Source: Gammaproteobacteria bacterium
Lineage (GTDB): Bacteria > Pseudomonadota > Gammaproteobacteria > GCA-001735895
NCBI GenBank assembly: GCA_030066335.1
Contig: JASJBV010000071.1
Coordinates: forward strand, 1-40,860
DNA: 40,860 bases
Direction of reading: 5' to 3'
Shown here one piece after another: positions 9,852 through 20,261 of the stretch. Under the pieces are notes generated by a model, which had not been told where the DNA came from, searched no databases, and worked only from the letters and a program-made list of their open reading frames with translations. The translations under genes and the position numbers were made by a program. Every line of letters begins with the position of its first letter. Position 1 is the first letter of the stretch.

Positions 9852-11972
9852 ATGAATAACACCAACATAATGCAACAGGTCAAAGGTTTCAGTACCCAGG
9901 GGCTGGGCGCGCCATTGATCGTCATCATGATGCTGGCGATGGTGGTCATCCCGTTGCCACCGATGGCGCTGGATATGTTGTTCACCTTCAATATCGCCTT
10001 CGCCCTGATCGTGGTGCTGGTGACCGTTTATTCGCTGCGGCCGCTGGATTTCACCGTGTTTCCGACTATCCTGCTGGTGGCCACCCTGTTGCGCCTGGCC
10101 CTGAACATTGCTTCGACCCGGGTGGTGTTGCTCGAGGGGCACACCGGTACCGCGGCAGCGGGCAAGGTCATCGAGGCCTTCGGTGAATTTGTCATCGGTG
10201 GCAACTACGCGGTAGGTCTGGTGGTATTCGCGATCCTGGTCATCATCAACTTCGTCGTCGTCACCAAGGGTGCCGGTCGCGTATCGGAAGTCAGTGCACG
10301 CTTCACCCTGGATGCGATGCCCGGCAAACAGATGGCGATCGATGCCGACCTCAATGCCGGTTTGTGTACCCAGGAAGAGGCCCGTCAGCGCCGCACCGAG
10401 GTTGCCCAGGAAGCCGATTTCTACGGGTCGATGGATGGTGCCAGTAAGTTCGTCCGCGGTGACGCGGTCGCCGGTATCCTGATCCTGTTCATCAATATCA
10501 TCGGTGGCCTGGCCATCGGTATTCTGCAGCACGACATGGCGGCAGCCGATGCGATGCATAATTACACCCTGCTGACGATCGGTGATGGCCTGGTCGCCCA
10601 GATCCCATCGCTGGTGCTGTCCACCGCGACCGCGATTATCGTCACCCGGGTATCCGCCTCGCAGGAAATGCGTAACCAGGTGTTCACCCAGATGTTCCAG
10701 GACCCGCGGGCGCTGGTGGTCACCGCAGTGATCCTGGCGGTGTTGGGCATGATCCCCGGCATGCCCAATTTTGCCTTCCTGACCCTGGCCGCGATCTCGG
10801 CCGCTACCGCTTTTGCCCTGAGCAAGCGCCAGCAGCAGGTGGTTGCAGCAGAAGTCGAGACGGCCCCGGAAGTCGAGGTGCAACCGGAACAACGAGAACT
10901 GAGCTGGGATGATGTGAAGACCGTCGACATGATCGGTCTCGAGGTCGGTTACGGCCTGATCCCGCTGGTCGATGCCCGCCAGGGTGGCGAATTGATGAAC
11001 CGGATCAAGGGAGTACGCAAGAAACTATCGCATGAACTGGGCTTCCTGGTGCAGTCGGTGCATATTCGCGACAACCTCGATCTGCCGCCCAACAGCTACC
11101 GGCTGAGCCTGCTCGGGGTGCCGATGGGTGAAGCCGAGGTGGTGCCGGGCAAGGACCTGGCGATCAATCCGGGTAGCGTCTACGGCGAGATTGACGGGGT
11201 CGAAACCAAGGATCCGGCCTTCGGCCTCGATGCCAAGTGGATCGATCCGGCGCAGCGAGATCATGCGCAGACCCTGGGTTATACCGTGGTCGATTGCTCG
11301 ACCGTGATCGCCACACACTTGAGCCAGATGCTGCAGGAAAATGCGCATGAATTGATCGGGCACGAGGAAGTGCAGGAACTGATGGAGGTACTCAAACGCA
11401 GTTCCCCCAAGCTGGTGGAAAACCTGACCCCGAAGCCGCTGCCCCTCAGTGTTATCGCCAAGGTCATGCAGAACCTGCTGCAGGAACAGGTGTCGATCCG
11501 TGATCTGCGCACGATCGCCGAAACATTGGCAGATCAGGGCCAGCACAGTCAAGATGCCGGCGTATTGACGGCACTGGCACGGGTTGCCCTGGGTCGGCAG
11601 ATCATCCAGGGCATCTATGGAATGGCTTCAGAGCTTGCTGTCATGACCCTTCACCCATCATTGGAACAGATTTTGCAACAATCCGCTCAGGGAAAAGATG
11701 GGCAGATGATGGCGTTTGAGCCGGGACTTGCCCAGATGATGCATAACTCGATCAAGGAGAGTACGCAAAACCAGTTGGCCAAGGGTGAACCGGCGGTGCT
11801 CCTGGTAGCGCAAAACCTGCGGCCATTCCTGGCCCGCATGTTGCGCCACAGCATCCAGGGATTGAACGTGTTGAGTTATGACGAAATCCCGGAAGACAAG
11901 CAGATTAAGGTGATTGCGAGTGTTGGCAATCCGGGGCAAAACGAGCCGATGGTTCCCAGCCCTCAAAATTAA
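9852..11972 (+). CDS. flhA: Flagellar export protein FlhA
   Basis: RVSEVSARFTLDAMPGKQMAIDADL, FYGSMDGASKFVRGD, HIRDN. Confidence 0.98.
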   Translation: MNNTNIMQQVKGFSTQGLGAPLIVIMMLAMVVIPLPPMALDMLFTFNIAFALIVVLVTVYSLRPLDFTVFPTILLVATLLRLALNIASTRVVLLEGHTGTAAAGKVIEAFGEFVIGGNYAVGLVVFAILVIINFVVVTKGAGRVSEVSARFTLDAMPGKQMAIDADLNAGLCTQEEARQRRTEVAQEADFYGSMDGASKFVRGDAVAGILILFINIIGGLAIGILQHDMAAADAMHNYTLLTIGDGLVAQIPSLVLSTATAIIVTRVSASQEMRNQVFTQMFQDPRALVVTAVILAVLGMIPGMPNFAFLTLAAISAATAFALSKRQQQVVAAEVETAPEVEVQPEQRELSWDDVKTVDMIGLEVGYGLIPLVDARQGGELMNRIKGVRKKLSHELGFLVQSVHIRDNLDLPPNSYRLSLLGVPMGEAEVVPGKDLAINPGSVYGEIDGVETKDPAFGLDAKWIDPAQRDHAQTLGYTVVDCSTVIATHLSQMLQENAHELIGHEEVQELMEVLKRSSPKLVENLTPKPLPLSVIAKVMQNLLQEQVSIRDLRTIAETLADQGQHSQDAGVLTALARVALGRQIIQGIYGMASELAVMTLHPSLEQILQQSAQGKDGQMMAFEPGLAQMMHNSIKESTQNQLAKGEPAVLLVAQNLRPFLARMLRHSIQGLNVLSYDEIPEDKQIKVIASVGNPGQNEPMVPSPQN

Positions 11973-11992
11973 GCCCTTGAACAGGTGAAGTC

Positions 11993-13480
11993 ATGAAAAT
12001 AAAGCGAACATATGCGGCGACGATGCGCGAGGCACTGGCCCAGGTAAAAAGAGAGCAGGGTGCCGATGCCATCATTCTGGGCAACAAGAAAGTCCCGGGA
12101 GGAGTGGAGATTTTATCCGCGATCGATTTCGATCATCACGCGATGGATGACTTTGCGCCTGAATCACAGTTTTCTCCACCAGCGCCGCTGTCTGCGGCCG
12201 TCGAACCGGCGCCGCAAACCGCCAACAGGGCAGACAGCCTGCCGATTCCGGAATTTGCCCTGGACCCCAATCACCAGCAGCGCAAGGAACCGGTGCTGGG
12301 TTTTTCCGCCGCGACCAAAGCCGCCAGCAAACCGGCCGAGGCGCAACAGCCTAAGGTCAAAGCCAAAGTTGCCAGGCCGGCCAAAGCCAGCAAAAAGCCG
12401 GTTAAAAAATCGCCTGCCGCATCAGCCGTGGCCAGCAAGGGCACTTTGCCGGTTGAAGAAGAAGCGCTGTCACGCCAGCAGGCGGATAAGTTACTCAGCA
12501 GTCTGCGCAGTAACCAGTTTACCGATTATCCATCGACGGCCGGGGCCAAGCCGGTGATCGACGAGGTCAAGGGCGAGCTGAAGAATTTACGCGATCTGAT
12601 GGAAACCTCGCTCAACGTGCTGGAATGGGACCGCTACAACCAGCGTCACCCGGTACGCTCGGTGTTACTGAACCTGTTGACCGAGCTGGGTCTCGGTGCC
12701 GATGTCTGCGAATTGATCATGAGCCACCTGGGTCAGCTTGACTCTGACCCGCATAAAGTCTGGCAACAGACCCTGGGCCTGTTGGCGCGGGCGCTGCCGA
12801 TTCGCAATGCCGGTGTGTTGAGCCGGGGTGGGCGTATCGCCCTGGTCGGCTCCACCGGAGTCGGCAAGACCACGACGATCGCCAAGCTGGCTGCCCGCTT
12901 CGCCCACAACCACGGCAAGCGCTCGGTAGCACTGATCACCACCGATAATTTTCGCATCGGTGCGCATGAACAGTTACAGCAGTTCGCACGGATGCTGGAA
13001 ATTCCATTGCTGACCGCGAAAAACGGTGATGAATTAGGCGATCGCCTGCACATGCTGGAGGATAAGAAACTGGTCCTGATCGATACCGCGGGTATGAGTC
13101 AGACCGATGTCCGGCTGTCAGAGCAGTTTCATAACCTGCAGCATGGTTCGCCGGAAATCCAGCCCTACCTGGTGTTGTCGGCGAATACCCAGCTGGCAGC
13201 CCTCAACGAGACGATCAAGAATTTTGGCAAGGTCAAGCTGGCCGGTGCCATCGTTACCAAGCTCGATGAATCGGCCAGCCTGGGTGGCATTATGACCGCG
13301 GCGATTCGTTACAAGCTGCCTTTGACCTATTGCGGCACCGGGCAAAGAGTGCCGGAAGACCTGAAGTCGATTAAGAGTCATCAGCTGGTCAGCCGGGCGG
13401 TGGCATTGATGCAGAAATATGCCGAGCAAGTCGACAAGGAAACCATGGCATTTCGCTACAACCATATCATCAGTCGCTAA
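11993..13480 (+). CDS. flhF: SRP-family GTPase FlhF
   Basis: MKIKR N-terminus, GSTGVGKTT, DTAG, TKLDE, GQRVPEDL. Confidence 0.96.
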   Translation: MKIKRTYAATMREALAQVKREQGADAIILGNKKVPGGVEILSAIDFDHHAMDDFAPESQFSPPAPLSAAVEPAPQTANRADSLPIPEFALDPNHQQRKEPVLGFSAATKAASKPAEAQQPKVKAKVARPAKASKKPVKKSPAASAVASKGTLPVEEEALSRQQADKLLSSLRSNQFTDYPSTAGAKPVIDEVKGELKNLRDLMETSLNVLEWDRYNQRHPVRSVLLNLLTELGLGADVCELIMSHLGQLDSDPHKVWQQTLGLLARALPIRNAGVLSRGGRIALVGSTGVGKTTTIAKLAARFAHNHGKRSVALITTDNFRIGAHEQLQQFARMLEIPLLTAKNGDELGDRLHMLEDKKLVLIDTAGMSQTDVRLSEQFHNLQHGSPEIQPYLVLSANTQLAALNETIKNFGKVKLAGAIVTKLDESASLGGIMTAAIRYKLPLTYCGTGQRVPEDLKSIKSHQLVSRAVALMQKYAEQVDKETMAFRYNHIISR

Positions 13481-13513
13481 CCCGGCAACAACAACAGAAC
13501 AAGAGAATTATTT

Positions 13514-14380
13514 ATGGACCAGGCGCAAGGCATAAGACAAATGAAAGACCACAAACCCGTGCAGGTGATCGCGGTCACCAGTGGCAAGGGCGGGGTCGGC
13601 AAAAGCAATATCACGATTAATCTGGCGGTGTCGCTGGCCCAGCAGGGGCAGCAGGTACTGGTCATGGATGCCGATCTTGGCCTGGCCAATCTGGATGTGC
13701 TGCTGGGCCTGGCGCCGCGGTATAACATGTCGCATGTATTAAGTGGTGAATGCAGTCTGGAAGACATCATGGTCGACGGCCCGGCCGGAATCAAGATCAT
13801 ACCCGCTTCTTCCGGCGTGCGCAGCATGGCCGACCTGTCGGCGGCGGAAAACGCCGGCATCATCCAGGCCTTCTCCGAATTAACCATCCCGGTGGACACC
13901 CTGTTGATCGACACCGCGGCCGGGGTCAACGAGTCCGTGGTCAGCTTCGTGCGCGCGGCGCGCGAGGTGATTGTCGTGGTCTGTGATGAACCGGCATCGA
14001 TCACCGATGCCTACGCGATGATCAAGGTCATGAACCGCGATTTCGATGTTCAGCGCTTCCACGTATTAGCCAACCAGGCGCACAGTATTCAGCAGGGACG
14101 AGAATTATATTCAAAATTAGCCAGAGTGGCCGATAAGTACCTGGACGTGACGTTGGATTTTATTGGATCCATCCCCTTTGACGACTATTTGAAGAAAGCG
14201 GTACAGAAACAGAAGTGTGTAATCGAGACCTACCCGCGCAGCCCGGCATCGATGGCGCTACGCAAGATAGCGCAGAAGACCCAGAACTGGCCTACTCCGA
14301 GCTCGATCGAGGGTCACCTGGAGTTCTTTATCGAGAGGTTGATCACTTACAGTGGTCAGAGCGAGGAGCTGAGGCTATGA
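13514..14380 (+). CDS. flhG: MinD-like ATPase FlhG/FleN
   Basis: DQAxxIR N-terminus, SGKGGVGKS, DADLGLAN, EPASITDAY; between flhF and fliA. Confidence 0.95.
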   Translation: MDQAQGIRQMKDHKPVQVIAVTSGKGGVGKSNITINLAVSLAQQGQQVLVMDADLGLANLDVLLGLAPRYNMSHVLSGECSLEDIMVDGPAGIKIIPASSGVRSMADLSAAENAGIIQAFSELTIPVDTLLIDTAAGVNESVVSFVRAAREVIVVVCDEPASITDAYAMIKVMNRDFDVQRFHVLANQAHSIQQGRELYSKLARVADKYLDVTLDFIGSIPFDDYLKKAVQKQKCVIETYPRSPASMALRKIAQKTQNWPTPSSIEGHLEFFIERLITYSGQSEELRL

Positions 14381-15105
14381 ATGGACATGCCATGTATGCC
14401 GAGGTTCAGAACTACGGCGAGGACAATATCGTCACCCGTCACGCTGCGCTGGTCAAACGTATCGCTTTCCACCTGATCAACCGGATGCCGGAAACGGTGC
14501 AGGTCGATGACCTGATCCAGGCCGGGATGCTGGGTCTGCTGGAAGCTTCCAGCCATTTCGACGCCAGCCAGGGCGCCAGTTTTGAAACCTATGCCGGGAT
14601 CCGTATCCGTGGCGCGATGATCGACGAGATCCGTAAGCTGGACTGGACCCCGCGCTCGGTGCATCGCAAGTATCGTGCGGTCACCGAGGCCATCCGCAAG
14701 CTGGAACACCAGAAAGGCAGCGATCCGACCGATAGCGAAATCGCCGAGGAAATGGGCATCAGCTTGTCGGAATACCACCAGATCCTGGTGGATTCGAGTT
14801 CGGCGCGCATCTTCAGCATGGATGCGATAGAGGATGATCATGGTGACTACCAGATGCCGCAGTCCAATGAACAGACCCCGCTGGATTCACTCAGTGAAAA
14901 TGAATACCAGCGCAACCTGGTGGAAAGTATTAAAGGTCTGCCGGAGCGCGAGCGCCTGGTGATGTCGCTGTATTACGATGATGAGCTGAATTTCAGGGAG
15001 ATCGGTCGGGTGCTCGAAGTCAGTGAGTCACGCGTGTGCCAGATCCACGGCCAGGCCATGCTGCGGCTGCAATCCAAGATGTCGGATTGGCACCGGGAAG
15101 AATAA
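14377..15105 (+). CDS. fliA: RNA polymerase sigma factor FliA (sigma28)
   Basis: DDLIQAGMLGL, FETYAGIRIRGAMIDEIR, DWTPRSV, VSESRVCQIH; ATGA overlap with the flhG stop. Confidence 0.97.
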   Translation: MNGHAMYAEVQNYGEDNIVTRHAALVKRIAFHLINRMPETVQVDDLIQAGMLGLLEASSHFDASQGASFETYAGIRIRGAMIDEIRKLDWTPRSVHRKYRAVTEAIRKLEHQKGSDPTDSEIAEEMGISLSEYHQILVDSSSARIFSMDAIEDDHGDYQMPQSNEQTPLDSLSENEYQRNLVESIKGLPERERLVMSLYYDDELNFREIGRVLEVSESRVCQIHGQAMLRLQSKMSDWHREE

Positions 15106-15185
15106 TCCCGCCAAGCCGATTGCGGGCCTGTCAGCCGGGACAATCGGTCACTGGTCAGCAGCGGCAAGCATGAACACTTAAGCTT

Positions 15186-15211
15186 TAAAGTTTTGAATAT
15201 TCTGCCGATAA
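15186..15211 (+). promoter_or_regulatory. sigma28 promoter for cheY-cheZ-cheA
   Basis: TAAA(GTTT)...GCCGATAA with a 14-nt spacer after TAAA. Confidence 0.85.
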
Positions 15212-15260
15212 CCCGGGGTACACAGTTAGGCGTATACCTTGATGCAATTGTGGAGGTTGC

Positions 15261-15647
15261 ATGAACAAAGAAATGAATATCCTGATCGTTGATGATTTTT
15301 CGACCATGCGGCGAATCGTCAAAAACCTGTTGCACGATCTTGGATTTAGTAATACCTCGGAAGCGGATGACGGCCAGACCGCGTTACCGATGTTGAAAAC
15401 CGGTAAGTTTGATTTCCTGGTCACCGACTGGAACATGCCGGGCATGGATGGATTGACCCTGCTGAAAAAGGTCCGTGAAGACGATGCCCTGAAAGACATG
15501 CCGGTATTGATGGTCACGGCCGAGGCCAAGCGTGAACAGATCGTGGTGGCCGCGCAGGCCGGGGTTAACGGCTATATCGTCAAACCTTTTACCGCTGCTA
15601 CCCTGAAGGAAAAGATCGATAAGATATTCGAGAGGGTAGGTGGATGA
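15261..15647 (+). CDS. cheY: Chemotaxis response regulator CheY (F6 system)
   Basis: [25 protein letters not shown]. Confidence 0.97.
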   Translation: MNKEMNILIVDDFSTMRRIVKNLLHDLGFSNTSEADDGQTALPMLKTGKFDFLVTDWNMPGMDGLTLLKKVREDDALKDMPVLMVTAEAKREQIVVAAQAGVNGYIVKPFTAATLKEKIDKIFERVGG

Positions 15648-16390
15648 GCGACGCGGAAACCGCCAGCTACCTGACCGAAGAATATATCAACCGCCTCAAG
15701 GAACTGACCGAGGCCCTGGGTGCCGGCGAAAACCAGGTTGCTGATCAGCTGATCGGTGAACTGACCACTCTACGCGAATCCTCGCTGTTCCAGGAACTGG
15801 GCAAACTGACCCGCGAAATCCACGAATCCATCAACGCTTTCCAGGCCGATGCCAGAATCGTCGAACTGGCCCAGGAAGATATTCCCGATGCCAAGGAAAG
15901 ACTCAATTACATCATTACCAAGACCGACGAGGCCGCCCATCGGACGATGGAAGGCACCGAGGCGGTGCTGGAAATGGTTGAAGTATTCAATCACAAGGCG
16001 GATGACATCCAGCAACAATGGCAGAAGTTCAGAACCTCGGCGATGTCGAAACAGGATTTTCTGGCCATGAGCGATGATATCGACCGCTTCTTATCTTCGG
16101 TTTCAGAGGATAGCGATAAAGTTAAAGCCAAAATGACCGATATCATGATGGCACAGGATTACCAGGATCTCACCGGTCAGATGATCAAGCAGGTGATCAC
16201 GATGGTGCAGGAAGTCGAGGAAAAGCTGGTCAGGTTGGTGGCCATCTCGGGTGCCAGTCTCGGTGAGAGTCAGAAAAAAGCGGATGACGGCGCCACGGCG
16301 CATGGTCCGCAATTACCCAATGCGGACAAGCAGGAGGTCGCCACCAGTCAGAATGAGGTGGACGATTTACTGGCCAGCCTGGGGTTTTAG
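15644..16390 (+). CDS. cheZ: CheY-P phosphatase CheZ
   Basis: [19 protein letters not shown]-terminal [14 protein letters not shown]. Confidence 0.96.
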   Translation: MSDAETASYLTEEYINRLKELTEALGAGENQVADQLIGELTTLRESSLFQELGKLTREIHESINAFQADARIVELAQEDIPDAKERLNYIITKTDEAAHRTMEGTEAVLEMVEVFNHKADDIQQQWQKFRTSAMSKQDFLAMSDDIDRFLSSVSEDSDKVKAKMTDIMMAQDYQDLTGQMIKQVITMVQEVEEKLVRLVAISGASLGESQKKADDGATAHGPQLPNADKQEVATSQNEVDDLLASLGF

Positions 16391-16411
16391 CTAAGAAAAC
16401 GGGTTACGACC

Positions 16412-18622
16412 ATGGCGATAGATCTGGAAGATGACATTTTACAGGACTTTCTGGTTGAGGCCGGGGAGATCCTCGAATCGCTGAGTGAGCAATTGGTCGA
16501 CCTGGAGCAATCTCCGGACGATTCCGACCTGTTGAATTCCATATTTCGCGGCTTTCATACGATCAAGGGTGGCGGCAGCTTCCTGTCGTTGACCAATCTG
16601 GTCGATGTCTGTCACAAGGCCGAGGATGTGTTCAACCTGCTGCGCAACAACGAATTATCACTGAATGCAGACATGATGGATGCATTCCTGCGGGTGCTGG
16701 ATGAAGTCAACGATATGTTCGAACAGATCAAATCCGGTGAGGATCCCTCGGCCGCGGAGCCTGGATTGATCGCTGAATTAGTTGCAATGCAAGATCCGGA
16801 TGCCGCCGCGGCGTCCGAGCCAGCGGAATCAGCACAAGCGGAACCGGCCAGTGAGGCGGAAGTCGCTGCGAAGGCCAGCGACGAGGCGGAAGATGCCGAG
16901 ATAGAACAAGTGGTGGATGACGCCGCGGCTGCCGCTGCCGCCGAGGATTTCGTATCCGGTAAGGATGAGATTACCGACGAAGAATTCGAATCCCTGCTCG
17001 ACGCCCTGCATGGAACCGGCGGTAAGCCGCAGGCAGTAACAGGATCATCAACAGAAGACAAAGCACCCGCGCCAGCAGACGCCGCCGGGTCGGAAGAAAT
17101 CACCGATGATGAATTCGAGGCCCTGCTGGATGAATTACACGGTGAGGGTGCAGGACCGACATCAGCTAACGATGCCGCTGCCGAAACTGGCGCCAGTGAA
17201 ACACAACAGGGCGATGGCGAGCATATCAGCGATGACGAGTTCGATGCATTGCTCGATCAATTACACGGCAAGGGCAAGGGGCCTACCGCGGCCGCGGGCG
17301 ACAAGCCCGAGCAGCCATCATCCCCGGCGGCGAGTGATAAAGCCCCACCCGCAAAGGCCAAGCCGGCAGCGAAAAAAGCGGCAGCTAAAAAACCGACAGC
17401 CAAGACCGCGACTAAACCGGCTGCAGCTGCGAAAAAAGAAGCCTCCGTATCCAAGGGCGATACCACGGTCCGCGTGGATACCTCGCGCCTGGACGATATC
17501 ATGAACCTGGTTGGTGAATTGGTATTAACGCGCAATCGTCTGAATACCCTGCGCCAGTCCTTCGATGATGATCGGGTGCACAAGGCCATCTCCAGCCTGG
17601 ATGTGGTTACCGCTGACCTGCAGACCGCGGTCATGAAAACCCGCATGCAACCGGTAAAGAAAGTATTCGGCCGTTTCCCCCGGGTGGTACGTGATCTCGC
17701 GCGTAGCCTGCAAAAAGAGGTATCACTGGAACTGGAGGGTGAAGAAACCGATCTGGATAAAAACCTGGTCGAGGCGCTGGCGGATCCGCTGGTACACCTG
17801 GTGCGGAATTCAGTCGATCACGGCATCGAGATGCCGGATCAGCGTGAACAGGCTGGCAAGCCCCGGCAGGGCCGGGTCCTGTTGTCGGCGCAACAGGAAG
17901 GCGATCATATCCTGTTGTCGATCAAGGATGACGGGGCCGGTATGGATCCGGAAGTGCTGCGGCAGAAAGTAGTCGACAAGGGTCTGATGGATGCGGAAAG
18001 CGCCTCCAGGCTGGATGATAGCGGCTGTTTTGCCCTGATCTTCATGCCCGGCCTGTCCACCAAGGATGAGATTTCCGATGTTTCCGGCCGCGGGGTCGGC
18101 ATGGACGTGGTGAAAACCAAGATTTCCCAGCTCAACGGCACCATCGACATTAACTCCGCATTGGGCGAGGGTACCGAGCTGCGCATCAAGGTACCGCTGA
18201 CCCTGGCGATCCTGCCAACCCTGATGGTGCAACTGGGCAGCCGTAAATTCGCCCTGCCGTTATCCATCGTCAACGAGATTTTCGAGTTGAGTTCGAAGAA
18301 TTTCAGCGTGGTCGATGGCAAGGAAGTGGTACTCAACCGCGGTAAGGCGCCGCCGGTTTTCTACCTGCGTAAATGGCTGTTGAACGACAGCGACCAGTTC
18401 AAGGATTTCGCGGGTGACCCGCATGTGATCATGGTCCAGGTTGGTAATGAATCGGTAGGCCTGGTCGTCGATCAGGTGATCGGCCAGGAAGAGGTGGTGA
18501 TCAAGCCGCTGGACAAAATGTTACAGGGCCTGCCAGGGATGGCGGGCTCGACCATCACCGGGGATGGCAATATCGCGATCATTCTGGATGTGCCGGGACT
18601 GCTGAAAAGCTACGTGCAGTGA
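16412..18622 (+). CDS. cheA: Chemotaxis histidine kinase CheA (F6 system)
   Basis: Hpt IFRGFHTIKGG, HLVRNSVDHGIE, DDGAG, SGRGVGMDVV, C-terminal CheW-like P5 domain. Confidence 0.97.
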   Translation: MAIDLEDDILQDFLVEAGEILESLSEQLVDLEQSPDDSDLLNSIFRGFHTIKGGGSFLSLTNLVDVCHKAEDVFNLLRNNELSLNADMMDAFLRVLDEVNDMFEQIKSGEDPSAAEPGLIAELVAMQDPDAAAASEPAESAQAEPASEAEVAAKASDEAEDAEIEQVVDDAAAAAAAEDFVSGKDEITDEEFESLLDALHGTGGKPQAVTGSSTEDKAPAPADAAGSEEITDDEFEALLDELHGEGAGPTSANDAAAETGASETQQGDGEHISDDEFDALLDQLHGKGKGPTAAAGDKPEQPSSPAASDKAPPAKAKPAAKKAAAKKPTAKTATKPAAAAKKEASVSKGDTTVRVDTSRLDDIMNLVGELVLTRNRLNTLRQSFDDDRVHKAISSLDVVTADLQTAVMKTRMQPVKKVFGRFPRVVRDLARSLQKEVSLELEGEETDLDKNLVEALADPLVHLVRNSVDHGIEMPDQREQAGKPRQGRVLLSAQQEGDHILLSIKDDGAGMDPEVLRQKVVDKGLMDAESASRLDDSGCFALIFMPGLSTKDEISDVSGRGVGMDVVKTKISQLNGTIDINSALGEGTELRIKVPLTLAILPTLMVQLGSRKFALPLSIVNEIFELSSKNFSVVDGKEVVLNRGKAPPVFYLRKWLLNDSDQFKDFAGDPHVIMVQVGNESVGLVVDQVIGQEEVVIKPLDKMLQGLPGMAGSTITGDGNIAIILDVPGLLKSYVQ
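16964..17269 (+). repeat. Three spaced 17-aa repeats in the CheA linker
   Basis: DEITDEEFESLLDALHG (~16964-17014), EEITDDEFEALLDELHG (~17093-17143), EHISDDEFDALLDQLHG (17219-17269). Confidence 0.9.
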
Positions 18623-18691
18623 GCGGCCGGGATGGGTGCGCCGGGAATTCGACCTTAACTCAGATAATGTACGGTAAGACTTTTTATCCAT

Positions 18692-19504
18692 ATGAAAACC
18701 TGGGCGTGTATCAATCAGAAAGGAGGGGTCGGTAAAACCACTTCCGTAGTCAGCCTGGCCGGTCATCTAAGCAAGACCGGGCAAAGGCTGTTGCTGATTG
18801 ACCTGGATCCGCACGGCTCACTGAGCAGTTACATGGGCTACAACCCGGATGAGATGGAAACCGGGATCTACTCATTATTTTCTGAACCCACCTCGAACCC
18901 GGCCGATGTCGCGCGCCTGTTATTGCCGACACCGATCGAAAACACTTACCTGTTTGCGGCTTCCACCGCGCTGGCAACCCTGGATCGTCAAATCGGTTCA
19001 GAGCAGGGCGCCGGCAAGGGACTGGTGGTGGCCAAGGCGATCGAGGCCGTAGCGGACAAGTTTGCCTACGGCCTGATTGACTGTCCGCCGATGCTCGGCA
19101 TCCTGATGATCAACGCGCTGGCCGCCTGTGATCAACTATTGATTCCGGCGCAAACCGACTACCTGACGCTGACCGGCCTGGAGCGGATGATGCATACCCT
19201 GGAGATGGTGGAAAAATCCCTGCACAAGAAAACCCCTTATATGATCGTGCCCACCATGTATGACGTGCGTACCCGTGCCTGCCAGGAAGCCTTGCATAAA
19301 ATGAAGGAAACCTATCGCTACAATGTCTGGGGCTCGGTCATACCGATCGATACCAGGTTTCGGGATGCCAGCAAGCGTGGGGTACCTTTACCAACTGTGG
19401 CCCCTTATGCCAGGGGTTCGCTGGCGTATAAAAAATTGTTGAATTTCCTGTTGGGAATTCAGGATGGAAAGCATGGCGCAGAAGAAAGACAACAAACTGC
19501 TTAA
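18692..19504 (+). CDS. ParA-family ATPase, ParC-like (chemosensory array positioning)
   Basis: NQKGGVGKTT, IDLDPHGS, IDCPP; lies between cheA and CheW-domain genes, as Vibrio/Pseudomonas parC does. Confidence 0.9.
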   Translation: MKTWACINQKGGVGKTTSVVSLAGHLSKTGQRLLLIDLDPHGSLSSYMGYNPDEMETGIYSLFSEPTSNPADVARLLLPTPIENTYLFAASTALATLDRQIGSEQGAGKGLVVAKAIEAVADKFAYGLIDCPPMLGILMINALAACDQLLIPAQTDYLTLTGLERMMHTLEMVEKSLHKKTPYMIVPTMYDVRTRACQEALHKMKETYRYNVWGSVIPIDTRFRDASKRGVPLPTVAPYARGSLAYKKLLNFLLGIQDGKHGAEERQQTA

Positions 19505-20171
19505 TCCATCCAGTGCAGTAGAGGATTATTTCGACAGCCTGTTGCAGGATGTTGCGCTTGAGCAGGACAAGACTGGCAGCAATGGATTGAAGGGCGGAAT
19601 TCTGTTGATGCCGGAGTTGCGATCAGACCTGGCCAAAATTGATCAGGAGACGGCGGTCCCATCAGCTGAATCGGAACCCGCAGCAGTGACTGATGATGAT
19701 TCAGCGCAGGATTCTGCTGCGGATGATGCACAACCAGGTTATGAATTGCCGATTCAATGCCTGATGTTCCAGGTTGGCGATCAACAGCTATCCATGCCAT
19801 TGATCGATATGGGGTCGGTAGTCCCCTGGGTGGATAAGCTCACCTCATTACCGCATTCGCCTGATTGGTTCCTGGGCTTGCTGCAATACCGCGACAAGAA
19901 TGTCAAAGTGGCTGATACTGCAGGGATGCTACAGATCGAACGGGCTGCGGAGGCCGGGCATCCCGGGCATATGCTGGTATTCGCCGACGAAACCTGGGCG
20001 ATCACCTGCGATCAGCTGGGCGATGTTGTCGAGCTGCACCAGGAAGATGTGAAATGGGCCAGCCCGGATGCGAATAACCCGACCCTGGGGACCATCAAGC
20101 AATCACTGGCAATCCTGCTGGATCCCGGGAAAATCATCAACATATTGAAACAGCAGGAAAACCTGCACTGA
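19473..20171 (+). CDS. ParP-like CheW-domain protein
   Basis: N-terminal AVEDYFDSLL, acidic linker, C-terminal divergent CheW-like domain (LTSLPHSPDWFLGL); follows the parC-like gene. Start 19464 or 19473. Confidence 0.82.
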   Translation: MAQKKDNKLLNPSSAVEDYFDSLLQDVALEQDKTGSNGLKGGILLMPELRSDLAKIDQETAVPSAESEPAAVTDDDSAQDSAADDAQPGYELPIQCLMFQVGDQQLSMPLIDMGSVVPWVDKLTSLPHSPDWFLGLLQYRDKNVKVADTAGMLQIERAAEAGHPGHMLVFADETWAITCDQLGDVVELHQEDVKWASPDANNPTLGTIKQSLAILLDPGKIINILKQQENLH

Positions 20172-20201
20172 CTAGAATAACTGCAGGACGGTACAAATCG
20201 T

Positions 20202-20228
20202 TAAATAAATGGTTTGTGATGCCGATAA
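20202..20228 (+). promoter_or_regulatory. sigma28 promoter for cheW
   Basis: TAAA-N15-GCCGATAA exact match. Confidence 0.85.
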
Positions 20229-20261
20229 ACGCCTTATACAGCTTTAATTGCGGAGAAAAAC

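Noticed and set aside
9822-10892. 356-aa antisense ORF over flhA (and similar ones over fliR, cheA2 and the MCPs)
   Set aside because: Shadow frames expected from GC3-biased codon usage; no recognisable motifs; fully overlap confident genes.
14215-14376. N-terminal extensions in the ORF track (fliA here; also fliI, fliR, cheY2, cheA2, Aer-like MCP, cheB)
   Set aside because: Downstream ATGs have an RBS or stop-start coupling and match family N-termini.
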